Assembly: GCA_973895155.1 (NCBI GenBank)
Contig: OZ316891.1
Coordinates: 18,040,095-18,104,094, forward strand
Source: Marsupella aquatica
Lineage: Eukaryota > Plantae > Marchantiophyta
Length of the DNA: 64,000 nucleotides
Direction: 5' to 3'
The translations under genes and the position numbers were made by a program. The notes under the pieces are model-generated. The model was not told the DNA's origin. It saw nothing but the letters and a program-made list of their open reading frames with translations, and ran no database searches. Below, piece by piece: positions 1-12,449 of this stretch; position 1 is the first letter of the stretch, and every line of letters starts with the position of its first letter.

Positions 1-2444
1 ATTAAAACAACACACTTTGGCGAGTCTCACTAAAGCAATTACGGTGGGTCCTTGTGGCTTGCGAGGAACAGTAGAAACAATACTAGCTGGAACAAAAATT
101 TCACTCACCACAGATACCCGTAAAGTCACCTTTCTTTTCATGTTGATTTCTGCAAACCATGGATGAACTTTTGATATCAGCAAAGTCCCCCATGATTAGG
201 TGAGTCAGCAGATGGTCAAGTTAGTGAAAAATGTACTCTGACAAAACAATCTTCACATATTCAACAAAGAAAGAAGAGTCAATAACAGTTTTTACGCTTT
301 GTCTGGGCGATAAGGTACTTTGACAAAACAAAGTCATAAGAATCAATAACAGTTTTCACATACTGTTTGCTGATTAAGTTACGCTCTTGAGAAACAAAAC
401 TGAATTGATGCTCACGGAAAGGCAATAAAATCCCTTACATGAACGAGGAATCTCTTGGTAGATGCCACTTGAATTCTTGTGGTGCTCAACATAGTCTTTC
501 TTCAAGTGGTTATCATGGCTGGCCGTGTGAGGATCACGTTTCCAGACAATGGAGACATTGTTGTGCTTGCGACTGATGGTGTTGTTTGGCATACACCAGA
601 CAACAAATTAGCTTGTTGGTTTGATGTTGAGATTGGGGAGTGGGCACTCTTTGAGGCCAGCAACGTCTTACCATTGATTGAGGCAGACTCAAAGGAGAGT
701 GGAGAGGAAAGGATAATGCATCTGAAAAGTGAAGTTTCGTAAGTCCTTCAGCAGAGGTTGTGCTTTGTTCCTCTTACTGAAGTTTGTTTGCAATCTCAAA
801 CCGGAGAGAAGATTTCAGAGTGGTCGGTAGAGGTAGAGCAAGCCAAATTTCTTGAGAGTGTTGTTGCAGCAATGCTAAAAGGGAAAGGTGCATCGCGATG
901 TGTAAAGGCTGCCCATACCATTCTCAAAGTGCATTATCCCCAACAAGTCATGAATCTGCCTGAATGGTATGATGGGGATTGCATTTTTGAGCTCCCCCAT
1001 TCACAGGTATCCACACAAAGGGTGCCTTCTTCTTGGGTATGGAGCAAAGAAATGACTACTACCTGTGGAGCAAGCTCATCGAGACAGGGGCCGAAATTGG
1101 ACCTAAGCTGAACAAGGGAGGCTTCAAGTATAATAAGATTGGGAATGTGAGATGTCTCTGCTCTTTGCAATGTCAACATTTAGATTGTCCGGATTTTACA
1201 AGTAAGAATGAGCGCAATTCCACAGAATGGCAACGAGATAGGGGTGGGAGAAATGAGATTCCATTTCGTTGGGCAACTAGTTCCAGCAGAGAGTGTGATT
1301 TGCGCCTTTTGTGATCAGCCTCCTAAGTGTATAGCCAAGTGTCCAGCCAAAATGTTCTACATCACTCCGATCTCTCATGACCATTACATTTACAAGCACA
1401 TGACACGTGTTGCTATGCATGTTGGGAGTCACTCACATCCGGCCAAATTTATTCTCAAGAAAGATCGAAAAGCTTTCTTACATAAGTTGATGGAGGAGAA
1501 ATTGAAGAAGAATTCTCATGCAGTGTTGTCTATGATCAAAAGTGACACAATTAAAGCTCTAAGGGATATATTTGATGACAAGGTTGTTGGGATTGTCACA
1601 TTTGAGGAAGTGCGGGATCTGAATGAAACATCAGATCAGTTGTAAGATCTATGATACAGAGCATACGCAAGTATACCCATGCCTCATCCGACCTCTAAGT
1701 CATCCTTGATCTTCAAAAAGAAACAATGTTTTCATTTGTCTAGAGCACTCTATTTCCAAACCAAAAGCTAGATACAGATGAGCACCCACACATTAATTTT
1801 CAAGATAACTGTAAAGGGTCCACGGTCTGGAGTCGATCTCATTTGAAGGATGCAACCTGGTGGAGATCTACAAGACTCATGGGTGATATTTAATGTTATG
1901 CATCGGATGACTCAGAAGCAATGGTGCACAATGTCAGCTCATGTATACGACCACCTATACAGAGGTCTATGCACAATTTTGTATGCAAGCTAGTTTCGAA
2001 AGATACTGTTACACTACAAACTGCATGGAAGGTCATGAAGCGAGTGTGTAAGGCAAATGGGCTTGACAATGTTACGTTTTGCGAGTTCATTGTCGATAAT
2101 GCTGCAATTGGTTGGAATGCAGTTTGACATACATTCTTGGATGGAAGAGTTAATTCTCAAATGGAGTGATCTGATGCATTTCACTGGGCGCAATTAGTGG
2201 AGAAGATGACAAAGAAATGCATTCCTCCAGGCAATAGAGCATAGGAGCTTATGGATTCATTGAGGGACGCATGTGGTTCTTGCATTTTGGACTTTTGAAA
2301 AGATGAAGGATTGGTGGAAAATGGGAATGCAATCAAAGGAAAAACCAAGTCACTGGAGACATGGCTTTCGTGGTGGATTGTGCGGGTTCTCCAAGTGGAG
2401 AAACTTCATTTGGCTGGTAAGTCTATTAATTCTTAGTAATATTC

Positions 2445-2890
2445 CATCTCGGAGAGGCTCTTCGAGATGATTCATCTTGGACATGTTAGAGAGTCTCTTC
2501 AGAACACGTGGGTGAGCCTCTCCAAGATGGAAGATGTGGGTCATCTCAAAGATCCTCTCCGAGATGGAACACGTGGGTCATCATCTCGGAGAGTCTCTCC
2601 AAGATGAAACAAATGGGCAAGAAGGTAGACATGTTAGAGAGTCAAGTCTTGTTTTGTAAACACATGGTTCATCTCAGAGAGCCTCTCCAAGATGAAACAC
2701 GTAGGTCATCTCAAAGATATCCAACAAGAAACATGACCTCTCAAAGATCCTCTTCGAGATGGAACGCACGGGTCATCTTGGAGAGCCTCTCCAAGATGAA
2801 ACAAATGGGCAAGAAGGTAGACATGTTAGAGAGCCTCTCCAACTTTTGCTAACACATGGGTCATCTTGGAAAGCCTCTCCGAGATGGACC
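2445..2890. repeat. Intronic cluster of degenerate 23-bp palindromes ATCTCGGAGAG-N-CTCTCCGAGAT
   Basis: Recurrent catctcggagaggctcttcgagatg / catcttggagagcctctccaagatg copies with short spacers such as aacacgtgggtc. Confidence 0.85.
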
Positions 2891-3559
2891 ACGTTGGACA
2901 TGTTGTAGATATTGTACAAGATGAGCCATATACATATTTTTGATAATAATTTTTTCTTTGATTTTTGTGTAGGACATGGACAGAACTAAGTCTGCATTGA
3001 TGTTGAACCATAGTAGGGCATAATCCATGCATGTCGCAATGCACCGATGGTCTTTCACAACAAAGATTGGAATAGTGCAATCTTGTATAACGGATGCAAC
3101 CCGTGCATCAAATCAAATTGGTGCCCTTGTCAACTACACGACCCTTGGGAGGAAGAGCCGTGGCCCAAGCCTTTTTGAACTTTGTTTTTGAGATGTCAGG
3201 ATGGTTGGGAATGTTAAAAGTTTCTTCCCAAAGTTGAATATAGTGTGACTCAACCGGAGATGGTTGCATATGCCTTGAGGGACCCAAGTCCTGGTGACTA
3301 TGAAACTCAACGAATGTCGGCGTGAGGCAAGATTCCAGCTGATGCTATTGCAATAGAAGACTCTCATTGCAATGATGTCATTCTAGTAACTCAACCTAAG
3401 AAGCGGAAGTTCAAGGGGATTTCAAGCCGAGATGGAAATTTGAAAAGTATCATTCTTGATGTGGTCAACTTGTCAACCTTGTCAGACTCTCCTACAGACT
3501 CTGGTGGATCAGATGTGGTGATTTTGGAGAGCCCACCACAGCGTGTGACAAGGTCAGCA

Positions 3560-3690
3560 CATGTCCCTCCTCCACCAACCCCAAGGAGGTCAACTCGTGT
3601 TCCTCCTCCACCCCCAACAAGGGCAACATATGTTCCACCTCCTCCAACCCCAACAAGGTCAATACCAAGGTCACCCCCTGTTTGTCCACC
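3560..3690 (+). repeat. Coding minisatellite, about 36-bp unit encoding VPPPPTPxRxT
   Basis: ORF 3440..3730 reads HVPPPPTPRRSTRVPPPPPTRATYVPPPPTPTRS. Confidence 0.8.
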
Positions 3691-4689
3691 AACGCGGTTT
3701 GCTGAACCTTTGCATAATAGAGGCAAATAGAGACAAGTTCAGGAGAGCAATGTGATGCTAGGAATGTTTTTTTTGTCTTGCATCAGTCGCCATGGAAGTG
3801 GTCCCACTTGTAGAGGTGCCTTCAAAGGCATAGATTGTCCAGCATGCAGTCTATACATCAAGGAGGTTTTGTCATGCAACACTAGGTGTGGTAGGATTGT
3901 GCTTATTGGCTGGGTTTGGAATACATTGGAATATTTGGAAGTTTTAGTTTTGCCCAAACAACAAGTGTTGCCAGAAACCCTCCATGGCATATATTATTGG
4001 GCGGTTGCTCCCACTACCGGAGAAGGTCCCAGTTGTTCGAGGAACCTATCTACTACAAGAGGAAGTTGATTTTCTCCATGATAATGGATTGAATGTGGTA
4101 CAGGCCATCATTCCTAGTGATTCAATGGTGAGTCCCAATGATATAATTATGAACTTGAATAGTTACTCAGAGCGGATGGATCCATTGAAGCCTAATGTCA
4201 GGTTGAGCCGGCGTAATGGCCGCTTACGGGAAAGGAGATTGATTGTAATGGCAGATGCAAAGAAACGTATTGAGAGTGCAAAATCCAAGTTGATGAGGTT
4301 CACTTCCAAACTTGAATTGAAGAAGGGAATGCAACTAGCTTACGAGTGGTACTTTCCAACACTCACCGTGACCGCAATTCAACCTACTATGTACAAATAT
4401 GTGTGTTCCCAACTTGCTCTTGTCAAGATTTCATCATGAGGGATATTGGAAGATATTTCTTCCCTTGCAAACACTTGTATTGGTGCTTTAAAAATATTTA
4501 TGGATGAGATCTAGAGAGCAACCAAAAGATCCACCAGCCAATCTTGACACTTAGCAAGGTTAGAAAGCTGATGTCAAATGTAGCAGGCTCAGGGTGAATG
4601 CATCACGAAGATGGTTAGTGTTAATGGGTAGAACAATCTAATTTTGTATCCTTTCATAATAATAAATATTCAAGATTCTAAATGATGTT

Positions 4690-5240
4690 GATCCCATCTC
4701 AAAGAGGCTCTCCAAGATTCCAACCCAATGCTATCCCATCTTGGAGATCCAAGATCCCAACTCAGTGCATGTTGATTCCATGTTAGAGAGCCTCTCCAAG
4801 ATTCCAACCTTAAATGATCCCATCTCAAAGAGGCTCTCCGAGATTCCAACCTTAAATGATCCCATCTCGGAGAGGCTTTTCGAGATTCCAGCCCAATGGT
4901 GATCCCATCTCGGAGAGCCTCTCCAAGATTCCAACCTTAAATGATACCATTTCGGAGAGGCTCTTCAAGATTCCAACCTTAAATGATCTCATCTTGGAGA
5001 GGCTCTCCAAGATTCCAACCTTAAATGATCAAATCTCCAAGAGGCTCTTTGAGTTTCCAACCTGGTGTTGATCCCATCTCGGAGAGGCTCTCTGAGATTC
5101 CAACAATTCTTGGAGACTTTGCAGACCAATCTCGGAGAGGCCTCTGAGATTGACACAAAATAGGACGTCAATCTTGGAGAGGCCTCCAAGATTGATTCAA
5201 AAAAGGGGTCAATCTCGGAGAGGTCTCCAAGATTGTCCAA
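4690..5240. repeat. Tandem array of about 13 x 42-bp units, each holding the 23-bp palindrome
   Basis: Unit gatcccatctcggagaggctctccaagattccaaccttaaat starts at about 4691, 4734, 4776, 4817, 4858, 4901, 4944, 4985, 5028 and 5070, with variants at 5128, 5170 and 5212. Confidence 0.9.
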
Positions 5241-5809
5241 AAAAATGTCGGTGACTGATATCAATCACTGATAATTGATGAAATTGCTCCTCTCATCAAA
5301 AGTCTAATTGAAATCATTTGCAATGATTTCAATAAGTTTAGTAACCTTGTGATGCCGCCGGTACGACGGGTAATGAGTGATTCGGCCTAACCACGCCTAG
5401 CACGCACGTTAGGGGTATCTTAGGCCGTAATTATTAACATAATGACAGTATTTAGGTAGCCATTATGAGTAGGAAATCATTAGTCAATAAGGGGCATTCG
5501 TGTTCGGGCTGGCGGCGGGTCGCCATTCGCACACCCGGGTTGCGAGCGTGTAATGGGCCCCCCTCGGGTCTGTATAACAAACTCCGGGAGGCGGCTACTA
5601 ACACGCGTTGACCCGGACTGGCGGAGTGGCCAATACACTGCAAGCGTGAAAGGCTCGGCCTATAAGCGACGAGGAGGCATCGGGCGACCGACGAGCTCTC
5701 AGGGTATAAAAGGGGGTTGATCCTTTGTAGTGCACCAGTTCTTCAGTCCACTCGCCAGCTTTGACCCCAGTTCTCTCGCCCATCCTTAGTTGCCTTCTAT
5801 CGCCTTTGA

Positions 5810-6652
5810 ATGTCGCACATGATCCTTTCCAATTTGGCCACACAATTCTGGACGCAGTTCCTGTCTATCGGGGGGCACTTGGCTGACTCATTAAAACACG
5901 CCAACCCGCACCGATACAAAATTGAATGCGAGTATGAGAGAGCCATCCGCCTAGCAGGCCGCCACCACTACCTCCTTAAATTTGATTACCCATCCCAGAA
6001 CGAGCTTTACCGACCCAAAGAAATATCAGGGTACTTCTTTGACGGGGGCAAATACATCAACTTCTGGGAGGCATTGCTTCGGCTTCCGGATGCGGTCTTC
6101 ACTATCCCGGGCATGATCGACTTACAGCGGCACCACTTCAACCACATCCTCGCTCGGGTCCAAGCCATCATCAACAGCGAGTTCAATACTACCCGGTCGA
6201 CAAGACCACCTACACTTGCTTCGGAAAACCTCTACCGGCACCTGCAAAACTTCATGGGAACCAGACCATCAACCACCGGTGCCGGCCCAGCCGAGCCTGT
6301 GCCCGTACCCACACCAACATTGCCTTAGGCTCAAGCTTAGGCTCCGCCTCAGCCTAGCCGGTCCCCACCGCCGGTCGCCCCGCCCATACAAGTGCGATCC
6401 ATCGTCAACGCTGTGGACCTCAGCAACGATGACGAGGTGATCCCATCCCTGATCAGGCGGCCCAGAGGAGCAAGCACCCAGGGAGCCGGCACTACATTGC
6501 CCCCTCCCCAGGCCTGGACCCGAGTAGCGGCTCCGGTGGACAACACGGTGACCATAGCCGCTCCGGCCCCAATACTAACGACGATGGCACTACCCATACC
6601 CGATCGGGAGGATGGGGAAATATCACCCTCTCTGAGCCATCACGGGAGCTAG
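5810..6652 (+). pseudogene. LTR-internal ORF A, unknown protein with Pro-rich tail
   Basis: ORFs 5810..6328 and 6392..6652 are in the same frame, separated by one TAG. TATAAAAG at about 5705 lies upstream of the ATG. Confidence 0.6.
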
Positions 6653-6701
6653 TCTCGGGGAAAGAAGAGGAAAGAACTTTGCAGCTGTATCCGGGTTAAC
6701 C

Positions 6702-8463
6702 ATGGCCACGGTAGCCGCGGCCAAGGTAACAATGCACCGCATGGGGGAAAACGTGCATAAGAACATCCTCCACCCCAAACATGCGTTGTACTTGAAGACT
6801 CAGGGGTTCGAGCACCTCACCTCTCTTCCCTGGAACACCTGTAGGTACTACGGGGAGGACATGACGAAGTTCATCAAGAATTATGATGATGTCCGTCAGC
6901 AGACTAGGCTACAGGGGAGAAATATGTCCCTCATAGAGGAGCGGCTCAGGATGATCTTCGGGCTACCCAAGAAAGATCAACGAGTCAAATCACGGGCTCC
7001 CGGGGGCAAAAGAGCCAAGTACCAATCCTTGAGTTTTCCCTCCGAGGGGTCAGTGGACAACATGTAAGTTTGTGATGAGGACCACCCTCATCCATGAGAG
7101 AGCCGAGCGGCTGGAGTTCCAAAGGTACGCCCTCCACATGATGGAACCCCAGGGTGAGATCTCCGCTGCCCTGGTTATCCAGGTCGAGAACTATCGGCCT
7201 AGGAAGTGGGCATCGTACTTTGTTAAGAAGTTCCATGAAGAGATGGAACGGCAAAGAAAGGCAAGGTACATCAGCAGGAAGGCGTATTTTGCGAGCCACA
7301 TCAAGATCATTCTTGAGTGGTACACCCGGTTTGATCGACGAACCCTTCCCCGGGCCAACGTAACTAAGTTGGTTCCGACTAGGTGGGTCTTCCCGGCCTT
7401 GGAGAGACGGCCTCAACCCGAGGCCCAAAGTCTGGCGGCCACGCAGGCCTCATCCACCCCACCTCCACAAGTAGCCGTAGCCGTGGCCAAAGAGGTACCG
7501 GACGAGGCAGTGATCGCAACCTTAGACGCGATCAACCAGGCCGGGCCGAGTGTAGAAGTTGGGGCGGTGGAGGCCTTGCCAGAACCCGAGGGTCCAGAAG
7601 ACCCACCGGTGGCTATTCCAGAGGACAACACAATGATGGAGGAGGACACTCCAGCCCCTTCCAACACTACATCCCCAGGGCTGGATGTCACTACCCCGGC
7701 TCCCGTGAGGGTTGACGTCTGCCCATGCCCAACTCCGGACGGGCACAACCTGGACCACCCGGAACTCTTTGTACCGGGTACATTTCTGAACGGGCTTTTG
7801 GGAGATTTCTCCCAACAGCTTTCCTGGGATACTGGGGAGTTCATGGCCCGGAAGGTAGCCTACTTCTTCAACCAGGAGTTGGTTATCGCAGTAAAGGCAG
7901 GCCGGGCCCAGTCGGAGGCCCTTCAGAGGATAGAATGGTACCAGGTTGAGTCTGTGTACCTAAAGGGAAAAATTGAGACTCAAGAGGTTGAGCTTCTGCA
8001 ACTACGATCCAAGGTTGCAGCCGCCCATGAGTTGTTAGCAAATGCGCACGCCCTTACCGCCTTAGCCGAACAGGCCAAAGCTGGGAAGGAGGCCAAGATT
8101 GCACGGCTTCGGACCCAGGTTGACAGTTTGAAGAATCAAACTATCATCTGGCAGAAAGACCTAGAGGAGGCCGAAGAACAGGCCCAGCGTGACACTGCGG
8201 AGATTGCCGCCCTACAAGCTGAAGTAGCGCGGCTTCAAACCAAAGCCGAGAAGCAGACCCAGATGATGGACAAGCTAACAAGCAACGCCCAGCAACTGGA
8301 AGAGGCATGTTAGGAGGCAGTTGAGGAGACGGACGCGACGAAGCGAGAGAACGAATCTCTGCTAGACCAAGTCCAGCTCCTCAAGATGGACAACGACAGA
8401 CTCCGTAGGCAGCGGGATGGCCGCTCCCACTCGGACGTCTCTGGCAAGCACACTAGGCATTAG
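6702..8463 (+). pseudogene. LTR-internal ORF B: plant-transposon-protein/mobile-domain-like N-terminus and coiled-coil C-terminus
   Basis: ORF 6702..7067 (KFIKNY...RLQG...LRMIFGLP) frameshifts into 7072..8313. Heptad-rich C-terminus. Frame reads on past TAG 8311 to about 8463. Confidence 0.6.
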
Positions 8464-10000
8464 CGGAGAGTTAGGATTAGAATAGAACTAGGAGTAGCTA
8501 AAATAGGCTGTTAGGACAAGTGTCGGCCAGAAGATAGCGGCGCTGACACATTAGCCAGCTTGTGTAGAATAGGTTAGACTAATAGGACAAGCCGTAACCA
8601 GCTAAGCAAGGATATAAGTTAGCGTAGATTCGGGCATGAGGCCAGGCTGGTCCTCAACCCTTAGTATTTAGCAGCCCCCCGGTAGAAGCAAGGGGGGATT
8701 TTAGACTCAGAAGTTGGCCATTCGCGGAATGCGTGGGGAGTCCCAAACTCGGTGAAGTGTCGGGGTGCCAAGGGGAGGGTATACGACTAAGCTCGTCGGG
8801 CGAGTGCGGAGCCGGGCTCCGTTGTAGTGTATACCCCTTGGCCTTGGTCCCGTTCATTCACGAGGTGTCGGGTCACCAAATTATAAGTGTATGATCATAT
8901 ATGAATGAAATCCTTTCCCCTCAATTCCTTTGTGTAAATCAAGATTTATGTTTATGTATGAATGCATGTATGAGTCTCGTGTGCAAGTATCAATGTTGGG
9001 CCAAACACGTTATGCCAAGCATGCACGGGGTGCAAGTTACGGGTACGGGGTTGCAAGCCGGGGTTGAGCAGTTGTACTAATGGATCCGGATCAAAGGCGG
9101 TAACACAAAAGCTTAGAAGTCCGTAAGCCGGGATCGACCCCATGTTGACTAAGGTACGTTCCGGTGGCAAAACACAAAGTATACCTAAGCGTGCTTGTAA
9201 GTAAATGTATGCGCACTTAGTGCTAGTCTGGGAGAATTATATGCACTCCGCACGTCCCTCCCTGCCCGAACCCGAATACTAACAAGGGAAGTGTCTGTCT
9301 TAGACGTAGATCGGCCTAAGGACTAGGCCGATGGCATGACAAACCTTGTGAAGACAAAGTTCTTCAACACAATGTGGCCTTCCAAATATCCGGATAAGGA
9401 GGTACGTACACTGAAAAATCAGATAAGGTTAAGAGGTATTTGTATCATTTCTATATATGGATGAAGATTCATTCCCCTGAATCACTATGGGTGTATCCAA
9501 CAACATTTCATGAGTGAATTGTGGCGAAGGAGGGAGATCATGTTAGTGACTTGATATGATGTATCCAATAGAGGGGAAATTCCCACCGCAGAAATGACCA
9601 AATGGGAAAGAACCCAGTGCCCTTGTACCTGGACACAGACAACTGGGATTCACCTTTTGACAAAACAGATCAAGAAGGATTGGTTTCAAAATTGGCAAAG
9701 TCATAGATTCCTCCAAAGATTGTGTCTGAGATGAAGCAAGGGCTACTTGGGGAGGTCGACAAGTCTACAACTGAATTACAAACAATCTGTGAGATTGTTG
9801 TCATTCATGTACATATATGGAAGCCATAAGCCTCATGGAAAAGTTAAAGTTGACATTGCAGTACCAAGTGCATCAACCCAATCTGGGAAGAAATGTAGGT
9901 TTTTTCTATTATATTTCAGCAGATTTTTTGTTAGCGCTTGGCGCTATTATTTTCTTTTGCCTGAGTCACTAATCCTATAGGTTTTGAACTCTTACCTCAG

Positions 10001-11385
10001 GTCAAAAGAATTTGAATGCGACAGATGATACCAAGGTTACACTAGAAGGCTCTGAAGCAAATGCTGGTGCTTTACCAAATCCACTTACACCTGTGAATTT
10101 GGGGAAATTGGCCAAACCAATCAATACAACAAGCACCAAACGAAAGAATAGGAAGACGCGTGAGGTCGGGCATTCAGAAAGAGATAGTCTAGCTGCCACT
10201 GGACTTCAGAGGGATGTTGGGAATTTTACACCCAGAGCATCTTGGCATTGTTTTCTTGAGTCCAACGTTTTTGAATTTTATGACAGTGTGTTTAATAAGG
10301 AAGAGAAACCCGAATGGGTTACTGATGCCGAGAAGCGGGTTAAAGACCTCATCAAAACAGGATGTCGTCTCAAGGGAGTCATGAGGGGTGGGAAGGAGAG
10401 GCCTTTTGGTGTTGACACTGGTTTCATTTATCTGCCAACTAGGTTAAAGCCGATGATGCTCAACTGGAAAGTTCCAAAATGGAACGTTCCTGACTATACC
10501 ATAGCCCGATCTTTTTTCCGAGCAATGGATCCTTTTTTGGCCAATATATGATGGAATGATTGCAATCCCGCATACAGGAGACTATGATCAGATTTTGCAA
10601 GTCATTGCAGCGTGTCACGAGTCAAAGAAATCAAGTGTCTATGTACTCATCATGTGGTGATGGGGTTCCCTATGTACCGGGCCAAGTCCGATGTTCAGGT
10701 AAATATACGAACATGACTTACATTTTTGCTTGCGCCCGGCGCTATTAAATTAATCTGGACCTGGACCTCACCTTATTTTGTTTCATTGCAGGTATTCACT
10801 TTGCGATTAGTTATATTTTTGCGAATCTCGTCAAAAGTGAAAGTCCTGAAGGATCCAAAGTTCACGCCCCTATCAAGAACCATGGATCCCTCCATCACAA
10901 ATCTGATTGGACTTCTGTTTGTGAAGGTGGATATGTGTCCCGAGCTTGAGTTTGCTGGAAATGCCAAACTCCATCTTGGATTTATGCAATTGGTACTAGA
11001 GTTAATTACGTGCCCTAGAGATATTGATTTTGATTGGGCTGTAGGTTTCGGGAGTACTTTTGTGGCAGGGGATTGTTATGGCTGATTTGTTCTTGCAATG
11101 GAAAATAGGAAGGAGTTTGTTGAAACGGTGTCAAAGATATTTTTGGAACTTCTCACCCCAAAAGTACCTGAATTAATTGCTCCTCCCGCAAATGCGGTTG
11201 TGAAGAGGAAGAGAGACAAATTATATTAGTCCTCAATTTTGATTCCGACGATGAAGAGGATGCGGGGGAAGGGGAAGAATTTTGATTCCAACGATGAAGA
11301 GGATGCTGTCATTCATGTAGGATCACAAACTAGAGACAATCATGAATCTAATAAAGGGAGCGATAGCGAAGACTCTTTTGAGTAA
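10001..11385 (+). pseudogene. Decayed beta-class N4C/N6A DNA methyltransferase-like gene (accessory gene of the MULE-like element)
   Basis: C-terminal FMQLVLELITCPRDIDFDWAVGFGSTFVAGDCYG*FVLAMENRKEF matches the motif I consensus (LI..T.PGD.VLD.F.G.GST..A...GR..G.E). Upstream VDTGFIYLPT..VPKWN sits at the catalytic motif IV position. Intron about 10699-10791. Degenerate upstream coding from about 9347. Confidence 0.55.
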
Positions 11386-12420
11386 TGCTTGTAAGCTTCT
11401 TGTCAAGCTCCCTCGTTCGGAATTCACTCTTTGCTTTCCCATCCATTTTTTACCTATTTTGAAAAAAAGTATTTGAGAAGACATACTATGCAAAATCCTC
11501 ATCCTCAGGTCTGAGTGGAATCTACGATGGTGTTTCCAACTGACAAGGAAAGTTTCCAGGAGTTATATTGGGAATCTTGAGAAACCATTTGTTTTACCTT
11601 CAAACGCTGAGAATGACGCCAGGAGAGTAGATAGTGTGCGGACTCTCCAATAGGAGAATAATGGCCTCAAACTAAGGAGAGGTTATGATAGGAAGTTTGT
11701 TAGAAACCAGTATGTTGATGATATGTGCAAGAGAAAATTCATTAATGACAAAGCAAAGTCCACCAACAGGTCTAAATAAGCGGATCAGGAAGTTAGGTCA
11801 GAATAGTATTTCCATTCCTATTTTCATGCTGAAGTTATACTAGCGTCAGGCGCTACTCAAATGAGTTCTTATAATATCATCTATTTTGTCAATTCTAATC
11901 ATTTCATTTTACCCCCACTCTGATCAATGTGACTACAGATTATTGTCATTGCATCATAGTGACACTCTTTGTTGTCATTGGAGTAAAGTTACATCATCAG
12001 TTATAAATGTTTTCCATCAGTCGACCTGATATCAATTGTCACGTCATTTCAAAATTTGAGGGAGAAAAAAAATTGAAATTTTTTTCCACTATTGGTGTCC
12101 GTATTGTACGGATACCACATCTTGGCGAGACCAGCCAAGATGCTCCGTACAGTAAGGACACATGATTTTGCCAAAAAACATTTTTCAATTTTTTTTTATA
12201 GAATTTTGCAACAAAAAAAATTAAAATTTTCCCCAATTTTTTGTCCGTACGCCCATCTCGGCAAGGTTAGCTGAGATTGAATCAATCTTAGCTACCCAAT
12301 TGAGATGCGCAAAAGTGCGAAGGCCCCATCTCAGCTGCTCAACTAAGATTCAAAAATTCAAATGCAGCAAAACTGATAACTGATGATCCTCTATACCCCT
12401 TGTCATTGACATCCTAAAAT

Positions 12421-12449
12421 GTTATAGTAGCGTCAGATGCTACTATAAC
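12421..12449. other. 29-bp near-perfect hairpin, possible element terminus signal
   Basis: gttatagtagcgtc-a-gatgctactataac with one G:T pair. A related copy lies at 11834-11856. Confidence 0.6.

Larger units (their letters stand above)
479..4620 (+). pseudogene. Degenerate Mutator (MULE)-like transposase: GCM/WRKY-like Zn domain, DDE core, Pro-rich linker, SWIM finger
   Basis: Frame-hopping fragments: CLCSLQC..C..CAFC..C..MHVGSHSHP (GCM-like, 1150-1440); FCEFIVDNAAIGWNAV and AFHWAQ (MULE-type core, 2070-2200); LETWLSWW (2350); FFPCKHLYW (SWIM end, about 4455-4485). Intron GT 2417 to AG about 2972. Many stops and frameshifts. Confidence 0.65.
5348..9341 (+). mobile_element. Long (3994 bp) solo LTR containing ORFs
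   Basis: Starts TGTGATGCC and ends GGCATGACA (imperfect inverted termini, TG..CA). 5-bp TSD AACCT at 5343-5347 and 9342-9346. Sharp GC rise inside. No gag/pol and no internal terminal direct repeat seen. Confidence 0.85.

Noticed and set aside
4690-5240. CRISPR-like array of palindromic repeats with spacers
   Set aside because: The spacers are about 19 bp and near-identical to each other, there are no cas genes, and the context is a eukaryotic TE.
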